Positions 23,098 to 35,200 of a stretch of 64,000 bases of DNA are shown one piece after another. Both the position numbers and the translations under genes were made by a program. The number at the start of each line of letters is the position of its first letter. Within the stretch, counting starts at the first letter, position 1. Where the stretch lies: the NCBI RefSeq assembly GCF_964355755.1, contig NC_092672.1, positions 23,821,237 through 23,885,236 of the forward strand, given 5' to 3'. The stretch is from Antedon mediterranea. Taxonomy: Eukaryota > Animalia > Echinodermata. The notes below the pieces were generated by a model that was not told where the DNA came from, ran no database searches, and saw only the letters and a program-made list of their open reading frames with translations.

Positions 23098-25958
23098 TTG
23101 TTATATCGTCTTAAATTTGATGTTTCGGTGATATTTTTGTATCCAGTTGCCTTATTTTTACTTTCATTATGTATCTAAGTATAGTTATATCGTGTTTCGA
23201 GCTCTGGTTTCTGTTGGTTTTCGATGGAATTGGTAGTTGTTTGTCGACGGTACCACCTAGGCCGAGTTACCCACCCCGCTACATCACGTATAGCCGCGAG
23301 GAGCTCATTCAACTCCGACCTGCGTTACCCGGCGTGCAACGTAGATCTAGGCCTAGTGCCACTGACACTGACACGTTAGGAGCGCAGATCAAAAATAGGA
23401 AACGAGGGAGAAGAGGTGGTCTTAAAGCTAGACTTAAACGCCGTAAGTTTTCTGCTCCGCTACCCTCTATACTAACAGGGAATGCTCAGTCACTCCGCAA
23501 TAAACTGGATGAGTTGAAAGCATGCACCCTGGACACAGAATCCCCTGATGCTGTTAAGTTAGTCACTGGTGACTTTAACTCGTGCGACCTCAAGAAGGTT
23601 TCGAATTACTATCAGTACGTAGACTTTCCCACACGCGGTGACAAAATACTTGATTGTTGTTACGGCAACATAAAGAACGCGTACAAGTCGTCGCCTAAGG
23701 CAGGTCTTGGTAAATCAGATCACAAGATGATTCATTTAATACCAGCTTATTAAAACAAAAGTTAAAACAAAGTAAACCAATGGTCAAGGAAATCAAAGTG
23801 TGGACAAATGATAGTATGGAGGAATTTAAAGGATGTCTTGAAGCTACGAATTGGGATGTGTTTATGAATACAGATTCTATTGACGCCACTATGGAAACAA
23901 TTGTTGAATATATTAATTTTTGTGAGTCTAGCATCATTAAAAAGAAGGAAATAAAAATGTATCCAAATAGTAAACCATGGGTCACTAAGGATATCCGAGA
24001 ACTTTTACAGCAAAAACAACAAGCTGTCCGCAATAATGATGTTATGGAAAAGAAGCGTATTCAGAAGTTAATGAAAAAGCGAATTAATGATGCCAAACGC
24101 AAATTTGGAGAGAAAATAAAGAATGATTTTGATAGCGGTAACCCCAAGCAAACATGGAATGGATTAAAGAAAGTTATTGGAAACGCGAAAAGGCAGAACA
24201 CAACAATAGTTCCATCCGGATCCCGCCCATTGGACTTTGCAAATAAACTGAATATATTTTTTAACAGATTTGATAATGATGACCAAATTAATAATACTAA
24301 TGATAATGATGTTAAACTGAACCTAGAGTTAAATACAACCAAATCTGATGTACCTGAATTTGATCTGCTTTCAGTTGAGAAAGTATTTAAGGGTGTTAAG
24401 CCAAACAAAGCAGCTGGGTCAGATAAACTAACTGGCAATATTTTAAAGTCATGCTATAAACAACTTGCGCCTATCTTTTGTAGATTATTTAACTGGTCGT
24501 TAAGCTCTTCTTGTGTCCCATGCATGTGGAAGTATTCAATAATAGCCCCAATAAATAAAGTACCTAAGCCGAAAATATTAAATGATTATCGTCCTGTTGC
24601 TCTAACCCAAATTATTACAAAGTGCTTTGAGAGGCTATTTAAAGATGTATTGATTAAAGAAACGTTGCCTTTTGTTGATAATAATCAGTTTGCATACTGT
24701 AGTAATAGAGGTGTCGACGATGCAATAACTACCCTCTTGCATCCAATCTATGAAACTTTGGATAAACCTAGGCAATAATGTAAGGACGTTATTTTTAGAT
24801 TTTTCTTCGGCTTTCAATTCAATGAAACCAAACATACTTCTTGATAAATTAGTTAGTATGAATGTTAATCCTTTTGTTTGTCTATGGATCAGAGATTTCT
24901 TGAAAAACAGAACCCAGCGTGTTAGAATTGATAATGTTTTGTCTGATATCATTGTTTCAAACACCGGTGCCCCACAGGGATGCGTGTTATCTCCATTGTT
25001 GTTCACATTATATACAAGCGACCTTAGAAGTGAATCATGTCAAATAGTTAAATTTGCTGATGACACCTGTATCACAGGCTTAATTGTAAACAATGATGAG
25101 AGCACGTATAGAACTGAAGTTAATAATATAATTAACTGGTGTGATATGAACTGTCTAAGTATTAATGTAAATAAAACAAAGGAAATTGTGTTTGACTTTC
25201 GTAAAATTAAGAGGCAACTTATACCTTTAAATATCAAAGATAATGATGTCCGCACAACTAGTGAACATAAATATTTAGGAGTATGGATAGATGAAAAACT
25301 GTCATGGAACGCCAACACTGCCAAAGTCTATGCGAAGGTAAACCAAAGATTGTACTTCTTAAGGAAATTAAGAAACTTTAAGATTGGCAGAGATGCGCTG
25401 TCTCTATTCCATCAGGCTATGATACAGTCCATATTAACTTTTTGCTGTATTGTATGGCTAAATAGTTTATCTAAGTATAACTCAAATAAATTACAGAGAA
25501 TAATCAAAATGGCTAAGAAGGTAATAGGTGCAAACGTCCCATCTATCCATGATATATGCGATAAGGTTATGGAGAAAAAACTAAAATGTATAATTAACGA
25601 CCAGTCTCATCCTCTTTTTAACTTTATAAATTTCAGTAGATCCGGAAGGATGATTCCTTCAATTAAGAAGACTGAGCGTCATAATAAATCAATTCTTCCG
25701 TGTGCAATCAGGCAATACAACAAGCAATTTAAAAGATAACTTGAGACGTTTTATATTTTATTCTTTATATAGTATTTTAATATTTATACTGTTCATAATG
25801 TTTTATACATAGCATATTTTCTTATATATTATCTTATCCATTGTATAGTATTGTATGTTTTTAACTGTTGTTATTTTTATTGTAATTTGAACCTTGGAAG
25901 GCAAATTTCATTTACTGTGTATTTGACAATAAATTTGAACTTGAACTTGAACTTGAAC
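23098..25958 (+). mobile_element. Rex1/Babar-type LINE, internally deleted and inactivated
   Basis: N-terminus RKRGRRGGLKARLKRR..PLPSILTGNAQSLRNKLDEL; APE remnant (GDFN, LDCCY, LGKSDH) with most of the endonuclease deleted; stop at 23751-23753; frameshift at ~24770; RT motifs (DYRPVALT, FLDFSSAFN, GAPQGCVLSPLLFTLYT, KFADD, YLGV); HPLF; AATAAA plus (TTGAAC)4 tail; candidate TSD ATTGTC (23092-23097, 25959-25964). Confidence 0.92.
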
Positions 25959-27156
25959 ATTGTCCAAGATGAGTCTTAGCAATTTGTGCGGCTATGTTGG
26001 CTATGGTTAGTGGTTGGCTTGTGGTGTACCCAAAGTTTTACATGGGAAATATGTGTAAATAATAACACACTGTATATTAATTAGCAATATACTTGAATGT
26101 TAACATTCATAATTGCGCTACATAAATTTAAAACCATTAAAAGTCAAAGATTTAAATGTCTCATGGCATAGCTTTTTTCAATCTTTTTTATTGAAATGAC
26201 TAAAATTGTAAACTTATCTGGTAAATATAATGTACAATTTTGTGGTTTATGTGTTAATCACCATTAAATACATCGAATATATACATTTACTAAAGCCAAA
26301 TTAGTTACTGCATAATATATTTCATATTCTATTTTAATAAATGATATACAATATATATTTTGTTTTGTATTGTATTTTTGTTGTCTATTTTCTTTTAAAT
26401 CTCAATGTGAGTCACAAGTAAATTCATATAATGTTAAGGTAAATTGGTTTCAATCTTGCAAACATAAATGATTATTATTACATTATTTCTGAATTTAGTA
26501 AACTAGATGGTACGCTCGCTTACCATCTAGGTCGTGCCCACAGATGGTTCTCGAATACATAATAATTTCAGCGTTAAAAAACTGGCGATTTCAAATGTAC
26601 GTACCGCAGGACAATAATACATGTCGTTCACAGGAACGAATAAATAGACACTGTGATTTATGTACTCAACTAAAATTAGCACCCTATTACTTCCGAAAGA
26701 AAAACTTGTCACAAAATAAGACCAATTGTTTAAGTCAAATTTAAACAAACTTAATTTGTGTTTTGTATGTAACATTAGGGTTGAGGGATGGGGAAGAGGA
26801 TGGGTGCAAAGAGGAACAATGTTAAAATATATTCTTTATCCATTTAGTAACGAAATATTAATTGCTTTCATGTTTTACAAATAATATACCACTACACACA
26901 GTAAAACATTGCGATGTAATACTTTGTTGAAACTATCACCATCCTAGTCGATTGAAATAGTACAGCACATGTAACGATACATCACTACGACGTGTATATG
27001 TTTATAATATAATGTAAAACAATTTGTGAAAACCACCTCTATTCGGGGAAAATCATAAATTCGATTTAATCGTCAATAAATATTAAATTATCTAACTCAA
27101 CTTAATTAGTAGGCCTAATGGTTTTCAATTGTTTCTTAGAGCCAATTCATACTTAA

Positions 27157-29933
27157 AGGCCTGTGCACACCAAACGCGAAGCCGCGAATTTCGCGTTAAA
27201 AAGTGACGCACGCGGCAGGCGACGGACGCTTCCAGTGTGAACATACAAGCGAACAGTGTACGATAGTCGAATTTCAACTTCAACGCGTTGAAAACGACAG
27301 CAGCGAAGGCTTCGCACGCGAATTTTCAAAAGTTGAACCTTGGTCAACTTTTTGAGGCGTCGCGAGCGCGGTTTGCGTTCGTCAACCAATCAGAAGTCAG
27401 GAATATCTCTCATCGACGACACCGACGGCAAAAAAATGGTGGCTGACGAGCGAGGTCTTTATGGAAATACTTACCCTTCTTGTCTTTACGATAAGGGAAG
27501 TAAGTCATACACAGACAGAAACATAAGGATTAATGCATGAAGACAATAATTTCAGACAAACATCTGTGTAGAAGAATGCCAGAAAAACTAGGCCTAAAAC
27601 GCGTCAGAGATCAATTTGTAAAGTGAGTTGGCAAGCCTTCTATTTCTAGCCTAGGCCTACCTAGGTTTAGGCAATACTAGGGCCTAGCTAGGCCTACCTA
27701 GCCTAGGCTACATATACCCTAGTAGGCTAGGCCATGCCAAGTAGTACTTATAGGCCTACATAATACTTACTAATCCCTACTAGTCTACTATGTGCTAGGC
27801 CAGGCCTAGCCTAGGTTAAGCCTACTACTAAATATGAGTACAGTACTACTCTAGGCTAGGCCTAGCCTACTTATTATTATTAATTAATATTTATAGGCCT
27901 AATATTTAGTTGATTTAGTGTTGTAAGGCTAGGATAGGCCTAGTAGTAGTAATATTAATACATAAATACTGTTGTTTTTTTTTTTTAGGTCAATTAGATG
28001 AACATTGATAAATGGGATCCTTCAGGCTATTACCAGCGTTACAAACTCCACCAATGACCAAGCTATTAGTTTAAGCGGCCAGTATATTATTGCCATGGAA
28101 TTAAGAGCAATTGCTCCTCAAACACGAAGACTGGCAATTATGAGACTGATACAGGTTTGTATAGACTTTTTTCAAATGGGTATGTCAGTTGGTGACATAC
28201 ATTGGCCAGAAAAAAATGATTTGAGCAATATGCCTTACTATAGCAATTTTTTAATACTTGTTTCATTTTTTTTAATAGAAAATGGAAGAGATTAAGGAGG
28301 AGTTGGACTGTAACTAGTATTTATTAAGTGGTTATAGAAGGAAAACTGAACTGAATGTCTTTTTTTAGCAATAGAGAACACATGGAAATATATGTATATG
28401 TTTTGTTATAATAATAATAATAATAATAATATTTATTCGGTCATCAATGTAAAAATAACCAGGAATGAGAATAGGCTAAAGCCCAAACAGATTCTGCACT
28501 CACTCCATTACTAAAAAAATAGTCAAATTGGCTGCCAGCTAATGGAATTTTTTTCATTTTATAAGTGAAAACATAAGTTTTGTTGGGTTTTTTTCTATGT
28601 AAGTGATTAACTTTGTTAAAACTACAAAATGGCCTATTCAAATTTGATTTTAATCATCTTCATTTTTCATGATTCTATGGGACAATACATCTTTAAGTTT
28701 AGTGTCATTTTTTGGACAAGATATATTGTCTTCCTGAAAATATAATTTAAAACATTTTCGTTGTGTGTGTAATACAGTATACAGTAACACTTTAGGGTTA
28801 GTTATTCACTTTTAACAATAATAATATTTCTTCAATTTTCATTTTATTTTTTGGGATGATACCTTTTAAATTTATTATTTTGATATTATTTTGCGAAAGT
28901 ATTCAGGAGTAGTAAAAAAGAAAATCTGGTTGATATTTAATGATTCACTATTTCAATAAGTGTATTTATGTGAAAAAGTCATAAGATAATATACAGTGTA
29001 ATGATTAATTATTTAATGATACCTTTAAAAACAATGATTCACTATTTAAATAAGTGTATTTATGTGAAAAAAAAGTCATAAGATAATATAAAGTGTAAAT
29101 ATGAGTTTGGGATATTTATTACATTTAATCAAATGAGAAAAAAACTGTATGTTTTGTCATGAATAATATAATATTTAATAATAATTAGAAAATGAATGTG
29201 AAAACTTTTCATTAATATATAGGCCTATAGTTTATTTTATTTATTTATTTATTCAATTTCTGCCATAAACATAAGAAGACAAAACAATTATAAAAGGAGG
29301 CACAGAAAGACCAAACAGGTGCTAAACACCTATGCTATAGTAGGTCAACCCATGGAGATCTCAGTTCGTGTTTATATGAAATGTTTTATATGGTTATAAA
29401 ATGTTGTTGCAATGTGACTGTAATTATAATTGCACCTCTGTTGATTGGTAGGCTGACGCTGCAAAAGATATTTGTAACACCACTAATAAATATACTCAGC
29501 AGATCACATGTACGTGTAATCAACAATAAACGCTTTAATTCTTGTGACTGTATTGCTATTGGATACATCTTCTTCTGTCCTTGTGATACGATGTTTGACT
29601 GCTTGTTAATATACACACAATCATGCACATTTCAGGCTTTGGAAAAGGATAACATTTTCCCACCAAAACCAAACACTGTGATTGGTTTAACCAGGGAAGA
29701 GTTAAATTACATTTTAATTTAACTCTTCCCTGGTTTCACTTACACTATTCATTGTATGCAGATCCAACCTGGAACACCCTAGCAATCGCGCCGAATCAGC
29801 AGATCGTGACGCGTTTAGTGGGAACCGACAAGAAAAACTAATAGACGCATGACAATTCAACTTCCAAAGCGATCCGTCAAATGACGCGTGACGCATGACG
29901 CTTCGCTGCTTCGCGTTCGGTGTGCACAGGCCT
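27157..29933 (+). mobile_element. Non-autonomous Harbinger derivative carrying a decayed MADF-BESS gene
   Basis: TIRs AGGCCTGTGCACACCAAACGCGAAGC / GCTTCGCGTTCGGTGTGCACAGGCCT flanked by TAA / TTA; MADF-like remnant (YPSCLYDKGSKSYTDRNIRINA*..VEECQKN..RVRDQF, ~27470-27620) and BESS-like remnant (DQAISLSGQYIIAMELRAIAPQTRRLAIMRL, ~28055-28155). Confidence 0.8.
29692..29732. mobile_element. 41-bp palindromic mini-element (P-element-like ends)
   Basis: CAGGGAAGAGTTAAATTA-CATTT-TAATTTAACTCTTCCCTG; flanks GTTTAAC / GTTTCAC (6 of 7 bp match as a TSD). Confidence 0.75.
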
Positions 29934-32218
29934 TTAGTTGGTTCCTACCCACCAAAGTTGTTCTGCGTTTAGGGCATGTGATGTACCGTAGGCCTATTCT
30001 CTACTAGTTTTACAACGCTACTCATGCCAGTGAGGGAAAGGTGATGATGTGGGTGGTTTAACTGCAATAATAAAGATTTGTACATAATATACGGCGAGTG
30101 AAAACGCTAGCTCATTATCCGTTTAAAAAAAATTATATCCAACCTCTGCAGCACAGATTGAAAACAAAAATGGATCGAATTTCGAGTATAGAGTACTGTA
30201 CTTGCCTTTACGACGCCTGAGGGAATAGACACTTGTGAAACAGAGATTGGAATGTTCCATTCATCGCAAATCAATACATTTGTATAATCGTATATTAAAT
30301 CTATCAAAGTATTATTTTTTAAAGAAAATCGGCCTGTCTTCAACATTATGATGCTGTACTCTAGCTGTTCAACCAGTTTTCAGCTATTAAAAACAATTAT
30401 CGTAGGAGGAGATAGGAAAATGCGAAGCCTCCTCGTATTTTTGTGGCGGGTATTTTTCAAGATGGACATCCATTAGACAGTGTATACCACGATCGGAAAA
30501 CACCCCTATTTGGGGCTAATCGTTGAACCTAAATTCGTTTTAATCGTCAATAACTAATTACCTAACTCAATTTAATTAGTAAACAGGGTTACATCAGATG
30601 GTTAAAATCAGTACCGAAAGTACGAACCAACTTTATATACCATCGAGTAAAAATTCTAGAAATAAACCGAGATTTACCGAATTTTGCCCTTACGTAAATT
30701 TATATATAGATGATTGGGCTATTGATTTGTATGCACTTAATTTAGGACAGACTAACTTTTTTCGACATCCTGCACAGAAGCCTTGTAGTAAATTTGTAGT
30801 AATTAGACTTACAAATGTTGATTGATGGCCATATCATCTTTTTTTGATAGTTGACAGACTTGCTAAACAGAACAAAAGGTGCGGAGATGGGATAATTTAC
30901 TGTATAACAGCAATTATTTTTTACCCCCGGTGTGTCATTTTTCAATAATGGTTGCCCAGGTATGGCACCTTTTTTTCTAGGTATCACTACAGTATATCTA
31001 TAAACATTAAATATTTGTATTTGAGAACTTTTATTTTGTTTGTGGATATAATTTTTTTTCTTAATAATTTATATATAAATCTGACCTATTTACCAAAAGA
31101 ACATAGTTCATACTTTGATACACCACCTGATTATGCAAATTATGTACTGCATTCTCTTGATTGGCATAGATAAAGTCCTTGAAATACTATATTGCTATAA
31201 TAACTGTTTTCCAAAGCTTGAGATGTACTTAACGCTTTTATTTATTAAAACTCATCAGAGACATTAAATTGTATTTGATGTTTTTGTAAACAAGCCCTAT
31301 AGGACTATATGGTCTTGATTGGCATACAATAAAATTACACTATACTGCTGTCATAGTACTTGGCTAATTAAATATAGGAAAATCGGCAAAGGAAAAGGAA
31401 CATTAGAAATGATTTTTAGTTGACATGGCATGACAATGTGTAGTCTTCAAACATTTCACTCTCGATGAAATGACAAGAATCTGAGTAACTGACCTGAACT
31501 GACAGGCACACAAAAAATGTCGCCATAAGCTCAGTTCCTTTCAGTTTTGTTCTATTCATTTGGGACTGAAAGAAACTGAGTGCAATGAGTTTGTTGTTTC
31601 CATATCAGCTTACGTTTAAGTGTGTTATAATCATAAAGATAGAATATTTTTATTGGTTATATTTAACCATTATGTCAAGAAATAAAATGGTCAAAATGCG
31701 GCCATTTAATAATAACAATGTCTAGTACTATAGTAACGTTTTCATGCAAATAGGAATGACGAATACAGAACGGCCAGAACGAACATACAATCTTGACTTA
31801 CTGTATTTCCAATGGGGTTGGAAAGTTTTTTTTAAATAAGAGAAAAAAAGTAACACAAAGTTTAAATTTGCAAATTAAATCATATTCCTGAGAATAATTT
31901 TTATTTACTGAAATTAAATCGTTAGTTTTACATGATTTGTTTATAATAAAGATTAATATTTGGATAATTTCATATTTACTCATGCGTAAACACCAGCTGA
32001 AAGAGCTCCACAAAGACCCTGAATTCTTACAGTGTAATGGATCTTAAGTTTTGTAATTGTACTATTGTTTGTACTGTATTTTGAATACGCATGTAAAAAA
32101 TTGAATTGTGTCAATATTCATTTTTCTTTCAACATATACAGTAAACAATTTGCGGCATTTGACACAACCTTGATACTGGTGGTAGTTATTAACATACTTA
32201 ATCCAGACATAAACTGCA

Positions 32219-35200
32219 TTATAGCCTAACTGGACCATGGTACAGCAAACCAAGTAACACAATACCAAAAGCTATATCAACTGCAGGAGTTGTTGTAACT
32301 TGCACAAACTTGTTAATGATGGTAGTAGTTCCTTGATTTACAGGCTCCTCTTCAACAAGTATACTATTCTGGTGCTCACTAACTATTAGTTTATGTGTAC
32401 TACATTGTTCATCTGAGCTCTTCTTTTGAGATATTTCATCCCCATCTTTCTTTAGTTCAATGTTTACTATTCTATTTCCCTCACTTATACCACTATTACA
32501 GTTCAGGTTACCATTTTCATGAACTTGTGTTCTAGAATTGTTATTTACATTTTCTGGTTCTTCAATTTCATTGATGCTCTTATCGGTAAACTTATCTCTC
32601 TTATCTTGATCTTCAACTTCTTTACTGGTAAACTTATCTCTCTTGTCTTGATCTTCAACTCCTTTACTGGTAAACTTATCTCTCTTGTCTTGATCTTCAA
32701 CTTCTTTACTGGTAAACTTATCTCTCTTGTCTTGATCTTCAACTTCTTTACTGGTAAACTTATCTCTCTTGTCTTGATCTTCAACTTCTTTGCTAACATT
32801 GCTTGAACTAATCACTGACAGGTTACTGTCATGAGGTTCATTATCCAGTGATACTGCTGACAGTATACCTTCTGTTAATATGCTATTGTTTTGTTGCGAT
32901 TGTTCATCATTGCATTCTTGCACATCAGAATCAGCAAACTGGTAATAATATATGTTAAATTGTATTAAATTGTATCAAGAAAAAAAAATATTAGATTAAA
33001 AATCATAAACTGAATATTTATGATGTGAATACGGAGAATATTTCATGAAAATTAACTGATTGACCATTTAATGAGGCGGAACCAAGCACAGGCAATCTCT
33101 CAGTAAATGAAATATACTCTATTCAACATTATTAGTTTCATAACACAGTACATATGATGATGTGTTAATTTAACATCATTAAAGTAAGTACATGTAAATG
33201 AGGATGTGTTAGTGATGAAGGAACATACTTCACATTGTAAAGTTTGTTGGTGCAGCGAAGATTGAAAATTGCGAGTTTTAAGTAAAGGCCTACCTCGTCT
33301 GAATTCAATTCATTTAATTGTTCATCTAACTTGCGTTGGTGTAAACGAATTGAATATCCAATCATAGCATACTGTATGACACGTGCTGCCTCATGTCGTC
33401 TCTTTACATCTCCCCTCACCTTCCAGCCTCTAAAACCTACAACATATCAATTACTAATTAGTGACTCGGCATCATAGCATACTGTATGACACGTGCTGCC
33501 TCATGTTGTCTCTTTACATCTTCTCTCACCTTCCAGCCTCTAAAACCTACAACATATCAATTACTAATTAGTGACTCAGCATCATAGCATACTGTATGAC
33601 ACGTGCTGCCTCATGTCGTCTCTCTACATCTTCTCTCACCTTCCAGCCTCTAAAACCTACAACATATCAATTCTAATTAGTGACTCAGCATCATAGCATA
33701 CTATATGACACGTGCTGCCTCATGTCGTCTCTTTACATCTTCTCTCACCTTCCAGCCTCTAAAACCTACAACATATCAATTATAATTAGTGACTCAGCCT
33801 CATAGCATACTATATGACACGTGCTGCCTCATGTCGTCTCTTTACATCTTCTCTCACCTTCCAGCCTCTAAAACCTACAACATATCAATTCTAATTAGTG
33901 ACAATTAGTGGCTTGGTTTGGTAACAGCATGATGCCTGCAAGATATTTGTCAAAACACTATTACAATCAATACCTGCTTGAATGATGACCACAGCTGCCT
34001 CTTGTTTACTTTTGGTTGCCAGGATCTTCCTCCACCACATCTGTATTACACCAGCACTTAAATTGAATTCCTTCAATCTTGCAACTTCAAGTTTATCCAA
34101 CTAAATGAAAAATAACGGAATATAATAAATATACAATGATGCAGATTCTTACTTACTTTTTACACTGACAAGCTAAAAACAAAAAGCTAAAAGTATTATA
34201 ATTTTGTGCTACAACTTTTTAATAATGTTATAAGATAGCAATCTTACTGATTTTCAATGACTTACACACATTTAACTGGGTAATAATTTTTAATAAAATG
34301 GTATTTTTTAAATTGTGTCAAATTAATTGTTCTTTTCTTTTTTATATTTATATACTTTTTTTAAAAAGAAAAATGCCTCAATTTTACATAAATATTTAGT
34401 CAATTATGGTGAATTTCCTATCTTATACTACAAAAATATTCCTGTAGCACTACTTTTAAAAATAAAGGTTTATTTTACGACACTCATTCAGCTCTACTCC
34501 AAAGGTTTATATTATACAGATATTGCCTACTTAGAGGTGAAATCCCCGAGGGAATGATATTTTTCTAAGGAACTAAATATTACATCTGTTATATTAAAAT
34601 ATGTAGCAAAGTTTAAGTAGACTTGGCTGGGTCGGCTAGCCTAAGTAATAAGACTGCCTAGTTCACATTACCTTGCCTAAGTAATAAGACTGCCTAGTTC
34701 ACCTTACCTTGCCCAAGTAATAAGACTGCCTAGTTCACCTTACCTTGCCTAAGTAATAAGACTGCCTAGTTCACCTTACCTTGCCTAAGTAATAAGACTG
34801 CCTAGTTCACCTTACCTTGCCTAAGTAATAAGACTGCCTAGTTCACCTTACCTTGGCGAAAAATGACCGTATAAAGTCAAATAATTGCTAATGATTCCTT
34901 TGCCATAAAATATTCACTTAAACTAATTAAAATTTAATTTATTCTACTGCAAATATAAAATAATTAAATTATTATTAAACTACTTTTAAGTACCTGTTCC
35001 TCTCTTAGGAATATCTTTGTTTTTCCAAACAAAAAGCTTTTCATTTTATTTTCTTTGTCTGCTTCAGCTAAAACCAGATTCGTAATAACAGCACATTTAC
35101 TTTTTGTATCCAAATCTTTGATATCTTCTGAGTTTGACCTTATTAATAATTCATACCTCTTAAAGAAATCACTGTACAACATTCTATAAGAAAATTGTCA

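Noticed and set aside
26503-26530. Hairpin CTAGATGGTA..TACCATCTAG as a further mini-element
   Set aside because: It has no flanking TSD and no second copy in the window, so it cannot be classified.
34639-34855. Another exon-junction array (each unit has AAG|GTAAGG on the minus strand)
   Set aside because: The unit matches no MYO19 exon, and exons 20 and 21 join in frame without it.
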